Part shown: one piece after another, positions 19,836 through 30,221 of the stretch
Layout of the letters: each line of letters begins with the position of its first letter
Position numbering within the stretch: the first letter of the stretch is position 1
NCBI GenBank assembly: GCA_027859125.1
Contig: JAQIBK010000264.1
Span: forward strand, 1-51,953
Direction: 5' to 3'
Origin: Actinomycetota bacterium
GTDB taxonomy: Bacteria; Actinomycetota; Coriobacteriia; Anaerosomatales; UBA3086
Length of the DNA stretch: 51,953 bases
The notes under the pieces: model-generated
The model's database searches: none
What the model saw: only the letters and a program-made list of their open reading frames with translations
Told to the model about the DNA's origin: nothing
Made by a program: the position numbers and the translations under genes

Positions 19836-21140
19836 TCAGGCACTCTCCTTGGCGAACTTGCGTGACCAGAAGCCGCTACCCGGCTTCTTCACTTTCTTCT
19901 CCGGACCACGGCCCGTCTCGGCTATCGACAGCCTCTCTTCGAGGCTGGCCACGAAACGGCCCAGCGGAAGCGTCAACAGCAGATAGAAGCCGGCCGCAGC
20001 GATGTACGGCGACATGTTGAACGTGCGCGCCTGCACCGTACGTGCCTGGAGCGTGAGCTCGAACACGCCGACGGAGAACGCCAGTGAAGTGTCTTTGAAC
20101 AGCAGAATGAACTCGGACATCATCGTGGGCAGGATGCGGCGCACCGTCTGCGGGATGACGACGTATGCCATTGACTGCGGTACGGACATGCCCAGCGAAC
20201 GAGCTGCCTCGAGCTGACCCTTGTGGATCGACTGGATGCCTGCGCGGAAGATCTCGGCCATGTACGCCGACGAGTTGAGCGCGAGCGCGATGATGATGCG
20301 GTAGTACTGCGTCGCATCGACCTTGTACAGCGACCACGAGGCCAGCGGTCCCAGGCCATCGATGAGGTTCTTATAGAAGGGCAGGAACGTGATCCCGAAA
20401 TACACGAGTAGGATCTGCACGAGCAACGGGGTGCCGCGCACGAGATCGATATAGAACGTAGAGGGCCATCGCACCCAACGGGACTTGGCCATCTTCATGA
20501 AAGACAGAGCGAGCCCGCCGGGCATGGCGATTATGTAGCCGAAGAACAGGATCAGCACGGCGACCTGGAAGCCCTTCACGAGCACGGGCAGCGCCTCTGC
20601 GATGATCACCGGCGAGAAGAACAGGTGCAAGAACGGCTGATCCTCGATCCAGAGCACGAGGCGCTGACCGATGTTGGGCTTAGGGATGATCACCGCAGCA
20701 TCGGGAAGCATCGTCTCAAGTGAGCCATAGAAGGCGGTGCCCGAAAGGTCGTAGTCGCCGGGGCTCTCCGGTGTCGTGAGTCCCTCGATCGTGATCTCGA
20801 TCGGGTCGTCGGAGCCGAGACCCTCCAGGAAATCGATCTCGATCACGTCTTCTACCATGGTCACGTCAGCGCCCTCGGTCGAAACGAGAACGTTGCGTCC
20901 CTTGACCTGATCGGGTCGTAGCTCCTGAGGGAAATCGAGCTCGACTCGAGTCAAGTCCGTGCTGCCCGGTTCGAGCACCAGAGTGACGATGCTGACCGCG
21001 GCGGTGAGCTTGGTGGTCTGGGTGTCAACGGACAGATTGGCCTCTGGAGCAAGAGATGCACCTGCGATGGCGGGGAGGAAGACAGCGCCAACGAGAATCG
21101 CGATCAGAGCCAATGCTACCCGACGCATGTGTGCTTGCAC
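19836..21140 (-). CDS. polar amino-acid ABC transporter permease with a roughly 170-aa N-terminal extracytoplasmic extension
   Basis: 434 aa. The C-terminal half is HisM/GlnP-like ([29 protein letters not shown]). The N-terminal part has a signal/anchor sequence ([21 protein letters not shown]) followed by a beta-rich domain. GTG start has GAGGAG 8 nt upstream. Confidence 0.88.
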   Translation of the reverse strand: MQAHMRRVALALIAILVGAVFLPAIAGASLAPEANLSVDTQTTKLTAAVSIVTLVLEPGSTDLTRVELDFPQELRPDQVKGRNVLVSTEGADVTMVEDVIEIDFLEGLGSDDPIEITIEGLTTPESPGDYDLSGTAFYGSLETMLPDAAVIIPKPNIGQRLVLWIEDQPFLHLFFSPVIIAEALPVLVKGFQVAVLILFFGYIIAMPGGLALSFMKMAKSRWVRWPSTFYIDLVRGTPLLVQILLVYFGITFLPFYKNLIDGLGPLASWSLYKVDATQYYRIIIALALNSSAYMAEIFRAGIQSIHKGQLEAARSLGMSVPQSMAYVVIPQTVRRILPTMMSEFILLFKDTSLAFSVGVFELTLQARTVQARTFNMSPYIAAAGFYLLLTLPLGRFVASLEERLSIAETGRGPEKKVKKPGSGFWSRKFAKESA

Positions 21141-21170
21141 GTGAAGTTCTCCTCGCGTTCAATACGGGCG

Positions 21171-21212
21171 GAAAACGTATGGAGCCGGCAGCGTAGTCGC
21201 CACCGGCTCCAT
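21171..21212 (-). terminator. intrinsic terminator or attenuator between the binding-protein and permease genes
   Basis: Minus-strand perfect 10-bp stem ATGGAGCCGG / CCGGCTCCAT with a 14-nt loop, followed by ACGUUUUCC. Confidence 0.6.
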
Positions 21213-21270
21213 ACTACACCACGCTGGAGCGTGATATCCCCTCCCCAGCGAAAGACCACTCGAACCCGAA

Positions 21271-22119
21271 TTACGGGGTCTCGCCGAACCACTTCTTGTA
21301 GATCTCGTCGTAAGTGCCGTTGGACTTGATGGTCGCCAGCGCTACGTTGACCGCATCGCGAAGGCCAGTGTTCTGGTCGCTGAATGCGAAACCATACTGC
21401 TCGTTGGTGGTGATCTCTTCAACGAGCTTCAAGCCACGAGCCTCGTCCTTGACGATGTCCGCGGAGATCGGCAGGTCGTTGACAACACCGGCGATCTCAC
21501 CGGACTGCAGGGACTGCATGGCCTGCAGAATGTTCTCGAACGGAACGACCGTGGCGCCCTCAGGCAGGTTGTCGTTCGCATATGCCTCGCCCGTGGTGCC
21601 GGACTGAACACCGATCTTCTCGCCGACCAGATCGGCCAGGGTCGTGTACTCGGAGTCCTCCGCAACGGCCAGCGACTGGTTGGAGTCGATGTAGGCGTCG
21701 GAGAAGTCGATGGACTCCTCACGCTCCGCGGTGATGGTCATGGCGGACGCGATCATGTCGAACTCGGTACCACCCTGAACACCAACGATGAGAGCGTCGA
21801 AGTTGTAGGTCTTGAACTCAACATCAAGTCCCAATTCCTCGCCGATGGCGGTAGCAATGTCAACGTCGAAACCGAGAACCTCAGAGCTGTCGTCGATGTA
21901 CTCGAACGGCGGGTAGGCCGTGTCCGAGCCAACGATGATCTTGCCATCCTGGATGAGGGTGTACTCATCCACTGCATCGTCGGTAGCCTCATCAGTGGTC
22001 TCGTCGACAGTTGCCTCTTCGTCGGTGTCGGCATCATCACTGGAACACCCAGCGACGCCGAAGACACCAAAGCAGAGCGCGAGCGCGAGCAGTAGTACGA
22101 GCATCTTGCGTGCGTTCAT
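21271..22119 (-). CDS. amino-acid ABC transporter substrate-binding lipoprotein (copy 1)
   Basis: Start placed at ATG 22119 (AAGGAGG 4 nt upstream). Lipobox LALCFGVFGVAGCSS, an acidic linker, then a type-3 periplasmic-binding fold (IVGSDTAYPPFEY, GFDVDIA, YDEIYKKWFG). Confidence 0.88.
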   Translation of the reverse strand: MNARKMLVLLLALALCFGVFGVAGCSSDDADTDEEATVDETTDEATDDAVDEYTLIQDGKIIVGSDTAYPPFEYIDDSSEVLGFDVDIATAIGEELGLDVEFKTYNFDALIVGVQGGTEFDMIASAMTITAEREESIDFSDAYIDSNQSLAVAEDSEYTTLADLVGEKIGVQSGTTGEAYANDNLPEGATVVPFENILQAMQSLQSGEIAGVVNDLPISADIVKDEARGLKLVEEITTNEQYGFAFSDQNTGLRDAVNVALATIKSNGTYDEIYKKWFGETP

Positions 22120-22184
22120 CGTTCCTCCTTGTGATTCTCCAGTTAACACGGGCGCCTCCCAGCGCCTCCGAATTGTTTAACTTT

Positions 22185-22220
22185 ACACCAAATGAATCAA
22201 TAAGTGGTGTGAATGAATCA
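22185..22220. promoter_or_regulatory. operator-like repeat cluster upstream of the transporter operon
   Basis: AATGAATCA occurs at 22191-22199 and 22212-22220, 21 nt apart. ACACCA (22185-22190) and TGGTGT (22205-22210) form an inverted pair. The cluster sits in an AT-rich 164-nt intergenic region. Confidence 0.25.
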
Positions 22221-22283
22221 TATATGCAGTTTCGCGCCAATAATACTCAACGCTGATCACCCGGGCGTGAAGCCTCCCGGGGG

Positions 22284-23105
22284 CTACTCGGGTAGCGCGA
22301 GTTCCGGTAGGTCGCCGACCCACTTCGAGCGGATGGTGTCGAGAACTCCGTCGGCATGCATTATGTCTAGAACGGCACGAATCTCTGTCTCAAGATCCTG
22401 CGCTTCCGCTCCCACTACGACGCCGATGGGCACGCCATCGGCGAGCTGCAGCGAGAACGCGGCGTTCTCGTAGTCTCTGGCGATATAGGCACCGACAAGA
22501 GCGTCCCCGGCGACAGCTTCCGCCTCTTCGTCCACTAGGGCGTCGAAAGCCTCTCGTAGTGACGGATAAGCGGACGCGAAGCCTGCCCCGTATTCATGCT
22601 CAAGCAACCAGAATGCCTCGCTCCCCTGCTGGGCGGCGATGCTCATGGAGCCCAACTCGGCACGGGTGACCGGGGCTCCATCGACAGTGAACACCACTGG
22701 GGCTCCAGTCATGTAGGCACCTGCGAAACGCAGCGTGGTCGCGTTCTTCTCATTGAACGGCACACCGAACACCAGATCGACATCGCCACTCTCCAGTTCC
22801 GAAGCAGCATCATCGACAGTCACGTCCACTATCTCAAGCTCAAGACCCAGTTCACTTGCCATCACGGACGCGACGTCCACATCGATTCCAGCCTGTGTTT
22901 CCTTGTCCACACCGCCGAACGGCGGGTAAGAGAGATCGATCCCCACACGAAGCACGCCTGCCTCACCGATCACGGGGGGATCGATCAGTGCGGTCAGTTC
23001 CGGTGTCTCGGCATCCGACTCAGAGTCCGATGAACAGCCGACCACTGTCGCAAGCGATATCGCCAGTGCTAGAACCAGCGTGATCCTAAGTGCACGTACC
23101 ATCAT
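22284..23105 (-). CDS. amino-acid ABC transporter substrate-binding lipoprotein (copy 2)
   Basis: Start placed at ATG 23105 (AAGGAGG 4 nt upstream). Lipobox LALAISLATVVGCSS, then LRVGIDLSYPPFGG...GIDVDVAS. The ORF-track N-terminal extension to 23330 has no protein-like character. Confidence 0.85.
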   Translation of the reverse strand: MMVRALRITLVLALAISLATVVGCSSDSESDAETPELTALIDPPVIGEAGVLRVGIDLSYPPFGGVDKETQAGIDVDVASVMASELGLELEIVDVTVDDAASELESGDVDLVFGVPFNEKNATTLRFAGAYMTGAPVVFTVDGAPVTRAELGSMSIAAQQGSEAFWLLEHEYGAGFASAYPSLREAFDALVDEEAEAVAGDALVGAYIARDYENAAFSLQLADGVPIGVVVGAEAQDLETEIRAVLDIMHADGVLDTIRSKWVGDLPELALPE

Positions 23106-23392
23106 GTGCCTCCTTGGCAAGTGAGTGCTTCCACCCGGCTGACCTGGTCTTTGACCCCACACTCGCATACTGGAGCTTCCGCTTGATGTGATCTCACTAC
23201 CGGCTCTCTCGCACCGAACAGCCCTTATGGCCGTTAACGGACGGTACGACTTACCCCTAAGGCGCGCCATGCTCACACACGAACCCGAAGGTTCGAGGTT
23301 TACGTGGATCCTTTTGACCGCACCTGCCATGGACTAGGACCCCGAAAGATCCGCAACCACAGACCCGGGTGGAAGCGAACACGATTCTAGCA
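23106..23392 (-). promoter_or_regulatory. extended -10 promoter plus a roughly 270-nt candidate structured 5' leader of binding-protein gene 2
   Basis: TGCTAGAAT lies on the minus strand at 23392-23384. The predicted 5' end GCUUCCACCCGG (23376-23365) is perfectly complementary to CCGGGUGGAAGC (23138-23127), which sits just upstream of the SD. There is an internal CGAACC-UUCG-GGUUCG hairpin at 23295-23280. Confidence 0.3.
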
Positions 23393-23433
23393 GAATCCAT
23401 GCCCGCGCTGGAGTATGGACAAACGCAACCAGC

Positions 23434-24111
23434 TCACCACACCCGCGCCACGACCGCAGTCCTGACACGACTGGCCCCGGCATCCAGGAGACACGCTGCT
23501 GCTCCCGACAGCGTTGCTCCCGTCGTGAGCACGTCATCGACGACAAGTATGTCGCGACCCAACGGCTGCGCCGCGACCTGAAAGGAGTCGCTTGCATTGA
23601 CGGCTCGCTGCTCTCGATCCAGCCCGCGTTGATCGAGAGCACGTCCACGGGTCAGAAGCTGCTCGTGGGGTCTATCGAGTCGCCTCGCCAGGGCTCCCGC
23701 GAGCGCCGAGCCGTGATCGAATCCCCGGCGCGCAATCGCCGCTTTGCTGGCAGGCACGCCACACACGACATCCGGCTTCCAGCCCCTCTCGAGCACGGGG
23801 GCAGCGAGAAGTTCGGCCAGCACCTCGGCCAGTCTTCGCTCGTTCGAGTCCTTGTGCAATGTCACCATACGGGAAAGCGGTGCCTGCAGGAGTCCCGCGC
23901 TGACCGCATCAGTGAAAGGGAACTCCGAGTTCCAGCACTCGGTGCACACCAGCCATCCGTGAGGGGCACCGCAGCGCTCGCAGGCTGTCGTCGGATCCAC
24001 AAGTGCGATCGCTTCCCTGCAAGCATCGCAGAGCAATGAGCCCGGCAGGTCGCAGCCGGCACACCTTGTAGGCCAGAGCAGTTCGCGCAGGCCCTCGGCG
24101 AGCACACCCAT
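23434..24111 (-). CDS. comF: ComF-family protein (phosphoribosyltransferase domain with an N-terminal Cys-rich zinc ribbon)
   Basis: 225 aa. N-terminus CAGCDLPGSLLCDACREAI...CERCGAPHGWLVCTECW. PRTase motif ILVVDDVLTTGATL. Confidence 0.85.
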   Translation of the reverse strand: MGVLAEGLRELLWPTRCAGCDLPGSLLCDACREAIALVDPTTACERCGAPHGWLVCTECWNSEFPFTDAVSAGLLQAPLSRMVTLHKDSNERRLAEVLAELLAAPVLERGWKPDVVCGVPASKAAIARRGFDHGSALAGALARRLDRPHEQLLTRGRALDQRGLDREQRAVNASDSFQVAAQPLGRDILVVDDVLTTGATLSGAAACLLDAGASRVRTAVVARVW

Positions 24112-24142
24112 GGCGCCCCCTCTCGGCGCGCCTGCGAAATGC

Positions 24143-25054
24143 CTAGCCCAGGGCCAACTGCATGAGCGGGATGGTGATGACTGATCCCACAGTGGTCACG
24201 AGAATCGCCGACGCGATGAAGTCAGTGTCCAGCTTGAACCGCGCGCCGATCACAAGAGTGAGCATCATCGATGGCATCCCCGCCTGAAGCACCACCAGTC
24301 GAACCGCCTCGAAGTCGGCCATCATCAGCGGGCCTGCCACGAGCGCGACGAACGGAGCCATCACCATGCGGATCGCAAAGAGCACGACCAGCGGAATCGT
24401 GTAGCGACGGAACGTTCCCGGACGCAAGGACACTCCCACCGAGATCATGATCAACGGCACCACCAGATTGGAGAGAACACCCAACCAATCCATTACCGGA
24501 TCCGGAACCGTCCACCAGTGAAGGGCCAGACCAGCCAGTAGCGCGAGCACTGCGGGAAAAGTCAGTATCTCCCGCAAAGGACGCACAGGGCCCCCGTCCG
24601 ACGAACCCTTCCGCTGTGCGACCAGGAGTCCAACGATCAGAAGCGCAGCGACGGTGCCGAACACATCGAAGAATATGGCGCGGACCAATCCCACATCGCC
24701 AAGGAACTGCTGTGCCACCGGATAGCCGATGTAGCCGGTGTTGCCCAGAGAGGCCGCGAGCACGAATCCGCCGGAGGTGCGGTCGGAGAGCCCAAGGAGC
24801 TTGCACACATACCACGACAGAACGGCTGTCACGATGAAGACGATCCACGCTATCGCAGCGACTCCGATGAGCTCTATCTCGAGCTCAGCCGGCTGCACAG
24901 CACTGAATATGAATGCCGGAAGCCCAACGTAGATGATGATGTTGTTGATCGGACGTGCATCTTCTGCCTTGACCATGCCTGTGGTACGCAGAAGCCATCC
25001 GATGCCGACAATGGCGACAAGCGCCAGAATTATTCGCGCCAGTTCCAGGAACAC
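24143..25054 (-). CDS. AEC (auxin efflux carrier) family transporter
   Basis: 303 aa with about 10 TM segments, including NNIIIYVGLPAFIFSAV and LGNTGYIGYPV, which are typical of AEC permeases. GTG start. Confidence 0.8.
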   Translation of the reverse strand: MFLELARIILALVAIVGIGWLLRTTGMVKAEDARPINNIIIYVGLPAFIFSAVQPAELEIELIGVAAIAWIVFIVTAVLSWYVCKLLGLSDRTSGGFVLAASLGNTGYIGYPVAQQFLGDVGLVRAIFFDVFGTVAALLIVGLLVAQRKGSSDGGPVRPLREILTFPAVLALLAGLALHWWTVPDPVMDWLGVLSNLVVPLIMISVGVSLRPGTFRRYTIPLVVLFAIRMVMAPFVALVAGPLMMADFEAVRLVVLQAGMPSMMLTLVIGARFKLDTDFIASAILVTTVGSVITIPLMQLALG

Positions 25055-25069
25055 GCGATCTCCCCGGCC

Positions 25070-26386
25070 CTAGGTGAGCTGGCCGAGTTCGTGCATCCCG
25101 CCGGATCCCATGCACATCGCGCCCAGAGAGAACTCATAGCTGCCGGATTCATCGGGACGAACCACACCACGCTCGGTGATGATCGCGGTGACGAACTCGG
25201 CCGGCGTCACGTCGAACGCCGGATTGAACACGGGAACGTTCATTGGCGCGATACGCGCCCAGCCGTCGAACTGGAAGCTGCCGCCCTTACGGCTGACATG
25301 CAGCTTGTGCCCACGGCCGAAGCTGAACTCGTGAGAGTCCTCCTTGGTCAACGCGTCGAAGACGCGGGTCTCCTCGGCGGTGGGGGCCTCGAGAACTGCG
25401 GACCAAGTGACTCCGGTGACCTCGTCGTGGTCGCGCTCCTCGATGGGGATCTCGGCTCCCGAGCCAATAGTGAGGTCGACAGTGGACGTGGGTGCGGCAA
25501 CGTAGAACGGAATGTTGTGCGCCCTGGCAAGAACGGCAAGACCATAGGTGCCGATCTTGTTCGCAGTGTCACCATTGGCCGCGATACGGTCTGCGCCAAC
25601 GATGACCGCGTCGACGCCTCCCGCGAGCATTATGCTCGCTGCCATGTTGTCCGTGATGAGCGCGCAAGGCACGCCGGCCATCATGAGCTCCCACGCCGTG
25701 AGGCGCGCACCCTGCATGACCGGACGCGTCTCGTCGACCCAGACGTGCTCGATCTTGCCCTCCTCGTGCGCGCTGAAGATCACGCCGAGCGCTGTGCCAA
25801 AGAAAGCAGTGGCCAGCGAACCGGCGTTGCAGTGCGTGAGGATCTTGGAACCCCGCTCAAGAAGCGCGGCACCGTGGTGCCCGAGCTGACGGTTGCGCGC
25901 CTCGTCCTCGGCGACCATGTTCCTGGCCTCTTGAACGATGAGAGCGCGCAGCTCCGGCAGTGACAGATCGCGGTTGTCATAGGCGAGCACGAGCATGCGC
26001 TCCGCTCCCCAAAAGAGGTTCACAGCAGTTGGGCGCGTCTGGGTGATGGCCTCGACCACCTTGCCCATCTCGTCCAGGAATGTCTGCATTTCATCAATGT
26101 CGCCTGCTTCGTTCTGAGCCCAGACCGCAACACCGAGAGCGGCGGCGACACCGAGAGCCGGCGCACCGCGGACAGCCATGCCCTTGATGGCCCAGCAAAC
26201 ACCTTCGTGCGTGTCGCACTGCAGGACGTCGCCGACCAACGGCAGTCGTGACTGATCGATCAGTCGAACGCTCCCATCCTCCCACCAGATGGTGCGAGGA
26301 ATTCGATCGGCCCCTTTGGACTCAGTCGGAGGAGCGCTCTGGGTCGAGTCGTCCTGTGGGCTGTCCTGGGTGTCTTTGTCCGTCAT
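25070..26386 (-). CDS. mtnA: S-methyl-5-thioribose-1-phosphate isomerase (MtnA/eIF-2B-related family)
   Basis: Motifs LIDQSRLP, MAVRGAPALGVAAALG, THCNAGSLAT, VDETRPVMQGARLTAWEL, VGADRIAANGDTANKIGTY, NPAFDVTPAEFVTAIITERG. Start placed at ATG 26386 (AAGGAG upstream) rather than 26452, which would overlap ahcY. Confidence 0.85.
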   Translation of the reverse strand: MTDKDTQDSPQDDSTQSAPPTESKGADRIPRTIWWEDGSVRLIDQSRLPLVGDVLQCDTHEGVCWAIKGMAVRGAPALGVAAALGVAVWAQNEAGDIDEMQTFLDEMGKVVEAITQTRPTAVNLFWGAERMLVLAYDNRDLSLPELRALIVQEARNMVAEDEARNRQLGHHGAALLERGSKILTHCNAGSLATAFFGTALGVIFSAHEEGKIEHVWVDETRPVMQGARLTAWELMMAGVPCALITDNMAASIMLAGGVDAVIVGADRIAANGDTANKIGTYGLAVLARAHNIPFYVAAPTSTVDLTIGSGAEIPIEERDHDEVTGVTWSAVLEAPTAEETRVFDALTKEDSHEFSFGRGHKLHVSRKGGSFQFDGWARIAPMNVPVFNPAFDVTPAEFVTAIITERGVVRPDESGSYEFSLGAMCMGSGGMHELGQLT

Positions 26387-26430
26387 GTTCGCTCCTTGAA
26401 TACGTGTGTCCTGCAGAGAAATCGTGAACG

Positions 26431-27795
<1,365 letters not shown>

Positions 27796-28632
27796 TCACA
27801 GCCGCGTCAGTATACCAGCCACAAGACGAGCCAGTGTGGGTGCCGCCGCGGCGGACGCCGCGAGCACCTCCTCGTGCCCATGACCGATACCCGCCGCAAC
27901 GTTGGTAACAAGCGAGAAGCCCAGCACATCCATACCTGCATGGACAGCAGCGATGACTTCGGGGACCGTCGACATGCCCACAACGTCCGCACCCGACAGG
28001 CGTAGAGCTCGGACCTCGGCAGGCGTCTCGAATGACGGCCCCAGAACACCTGCGTAGACCCCCTCGGCGAGCGGGATCCCCAGTTCAGCCGCAGTCTTGC
28101 GCGCGAGATCCTGCAGCGCAGGCGTGTACGCCGTTGCCATGGGCGGGAAACGCGTGCCCAAGTCTTCCAAGTTGCGCCCGATGAGAGGATTCGTGCCCAT
28201 CAGGTTCATGTGGTCCGTGATCAGGAGCAGGTCCCCGGGGAACAAGGCGGGAACGACCCCACCGCACGCATTGGTGACCACGAAGGTCGTGCAGCCCATG
28301 AGTCTCGCTGCTCGCACCGGCAGTACGACCTGATCCGCGGTGTAACCCTCGTATTGATGCATCCGGCCTTGCATGGCGAGCACGGGGACTCCCCCGGCAC
28401 GACCGAACACGAATCTGCCCATGTGCCCGGGGACGGTGGCGGCAGGGATTCCAGGAACGTCCTGGAAGGGTAGCACCCCCTCGATCTCCATGCCCTCGAC
28501 GACGTCCTCGAGCCCGGAGCCGAGAATGACCAGCACTCTCGGCTCGAATGGCGCTGCTGAGCGCAGTGTGTCTGCGGCCTCACGAACGGCGGCCATTCTG
28601 GCCTGCGAGATATCGATCGGATTCGATGTCAT
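27796..28632 (-). CDS. purine nucleoside phosphorylase, trimeric PunA-type
   Basis: Motifs ILGSGL, VPGHMGRFVFG, MQGRMHQYEGY, GPSFETPAEVRALRLSGADVVGMSTVPEVIAA. Start placed at ATG 28632, which overlaps the upstream TGA (ATGA) and has GGGAGG upstream. The ORF track extends to 28710. Confidence 0.85.
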   Translation of the reverse strand: MTSNPIDISQARMAAVREAADTLRSAAPFEPRVLVILGSGLEDVVEGMEIEGVLPFQDVPGIPAATVPGHMGRFVFGRAGGVPVLAMQGRMHQYEGYTADQVVLPVRAARLMGCTTFVVTNACGGVVPALFPGDLLLITDHMNLMGTNPLIGRNLEDLGTRFPPMATAYTPALQDLARKTAAELGIPLAEGVYAGVLGPSFETPAEVRALRLSGADVVGMSTVPEVIAAVHAGMDVLGFSLVTNVAAGIGHGHEEVLAASAAAAPTLARLVAGILTRL

Positions 28633-29756
28633 GCCGTAACCTCCCGAAGCACCTCGATGAACTCCTGCGCCTTTGCACGGACGTCGTGAACCAAGGCCGA
28701 ACGCACACACGCGTCGCTGTAATGTTTCTTTCCCTGGCCGAGAATCTCCTCAACCGCGTCCGCGAGAGCCTCCGGGTCCTCGGGTTCCACCAGGATTCCG
28801 CACTGGGAGCCCGGGAACACCTCCGGCACACCGCCGACACGTGTGGCCGCGACCGGCGTTCCGCAAGCCATCGCCTCGAGAGCCACGAGCCCCAGACCTT
28901 CGTTGCGGCTGGACATGACAAGCACGTCCGCAGCTGCCATTCGTGCTGCGACCGACTTGGTGTCGAGCTTTCCGGCGAACGTGACCCGTTCCGTCAATCC
29001 GAGACTCTCAACGAGATTCCTGAGTTCATCCTCCATTGGCCCGTCGCCGACGATCACGAGACGGTCTGCCGCGCCGCGTCCATGAAGCAGCGCAAACGCC
29101 CGAACGGCGATATCGGGGCCCTTGACCGGAAGCAGATTGCCGGTGAACAGCATCACTCGCCTGTCGGTGGCCCAGGTCATGCTGTCTCGGGCGATCGGAT
29201 CGGGGGCGAACGCCTGTGTATCGACTCCCATGTGGATCACGTGCACGTCCACGCCGACCGACAGCCCCAGCTCGTTGTGAAGCCTATCTGCCATAGCCGA
29301 GGAAACCGCGACCACAGCGTCCGCGTCCCGCAGACCACGACGTGACGCGCGAGACAACAAACCTCTGCCTATTGACGAGGAGGCGTCGGTACCGTGGGCG
29401 ACGACCATGTACGGCGTGTCTCCTCGGCGGATCAGACGGGCGATCCATGCCGTGGGATACAGGTAGTGCCCGACGATGACATCATGCTCGGTCGTGGACG
29501 CCAAGAGTGCGCGCAACGTGAGCAGCGGGTACTTCAACAGCGAACGCCAGCCACCGCGCCACTCTGTATTCTTGACAAGCTGTACGTCCACGCCCAGTTC
29601 GCGGAGCGCCGCCACCTGACGCGCCACGAATACGCCGAAGACGGGGTTGGGCGCGCTCGGATACATATTGGTGATCATGAGGACGCGCAGCGGCGCACCT
29701 GTCGTGTCCGACGCTGACGCGCGGTCGTCCTCCCGAGCCGCCACGCTACTGCTCAA
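28629..29756 (-). CDS. GT4-family (GT-B fold) glycosyltransferase
   Basis: 375 aa with LRVLMITNMYPS, and C-terminal EGLGLVALEAMACGTPVAATRVGGVPEV (the E-X7-E region). Confidence 0.8.
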   Translation of the reverse strand: MSSSVAAREDDRASASDTTGAPLRVLMITNMYPSAPNPVFGVFVARQVAALRELGVDVQLVKNTEWRGGWRSLLKYPLLTLRALLASTTEHDVIVGHYLYPTAWIARLIRRGDTPYMVVAHGTDASSSIGRGLLSRASRRGLRDADAVVAVSSAMADRLHNELGLSVGVDVHVIHMGVDTQAFAPDPIARDSMTWATDRRVMLFTGNLLPVKGPDIAVRAFALLHGRGAADRLVIVGDGPMEDELRNLVESLGLTERVTFAGKLDTKSVAARMAAADVLVMSSRNEGLGLVALEAMACGTPVAATRVGGVPEVFPGSQCGILVEPEDPEALADAVEEILGQGKKHYSDACVRSALVHDVRAKAQEFIEVLREVTA

Positions 29757-30216
29757 CGATCTCGATCGAAGTGATGATGCCAGCGAACACCGTCACCTGC
29801 GTGAGGTACTTGATGTCGTTGTTGATGTAGAGGTTGGCGCCACCGAAGGAGTAGCCGGTGTCGGTGACAACGGCCCGGCCTTGGATCGTCAGGACCACAT
29901 CCTCGAACACGGGCGACTCAGCAGCGTTCAACTCACCTTCAGCAGTGGGCACTGGAAGCACCGCGGCTCCCCGCTCGACGTTCACGATATCGCCCACCAC
30001 CGTGCCCGTATCCTTGACACGAACGGTCTGCCCTTGACTGAACGACGAAGCCACCTCAGGCAGAGCCCCTCGAATCAGAAGAGCGACCTCAACTGTCTGT
30101 TCACCGCTCGGCCCGCCGTCGTCGCTCGCCGGTGCGTCACTGCATCCTGCCAGCGGCATGACGGCCAGCAGAAGCATGAGTGCCAGGACGTGGTACTTGG
30201 GGACAAGTCGATTCAT
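29746..30216 (-). CDS. small lipoprotein, DUF4330-like (paralog A)
   Basis: 156 aa. Lipobox LLLAVMPLAGCSD. Clearly alignable to the 31549-32043 product (PEVA..G..V....G..VG.I..V..G...L.VP.A.G.L...E.P....DVVL...GR). Confidence 0.5.
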   Translation of the reverse strand: MNRLVPKYHVLALMLLLAVMPLAGCSDAPASDDGGPSGEQTVEVALLIRGALPEVASSFSQGQTVRVKDTGTVVGDIVNVERGAAVLPVPTAEGELNAAESPVFEDVVLTIQGRAVVTDTGYSFGGANLYINNDIKYLTQVTVFAGIITSIEIVEQ

Positions 30217-30221
30217 TTTCT

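Noticed and set aside
21259-21270. tRNA-like T-loop sequence (GGGTTCGAG on the minus strand).
   Set aside because: No complementary T-stem, acceptor stem or anticodon arm can be drawn around it. It lies just after the binding-protein stop codon.
23106-23330. ORF-track N-terminal extension of the second binding protein (75 extra residues).
   Set aside because: A perfect AAGGAGG-ATG followed by a lipoprotein signal peptide occurs at 23105. The upstream translation has no signal-peptide or protein-like features. I reinterpreted the region as a 5' leader.
23127-23376. The 12-bp perfect inverted repeats 226 bp apart as terminal repeats of a MITE-like element.
   Set aside because: The complementarity does not extend beyond 12 bp, there is no obvious target-site duplication, and there is no second copy in the window. 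The 5' arm coincides with the predicted transcript start, which favours an RNA closing helix.
23106-23392. T-box riboswitch reading of the leader (GAGAGAG, GGUAGUGAGA, CCGUUA and CCGGGUGGAAGC resemble the AGAGA box, distal loop, F-box and T-box).
   Set aside because: The elements are in the wrong order: the F-box-like CCGUUA precedes the AGAGA-like element. The T-box-like segment lacks the UGGUACC core. I cannot define a specifier loop. I kept it only as an unclassified structured leader.
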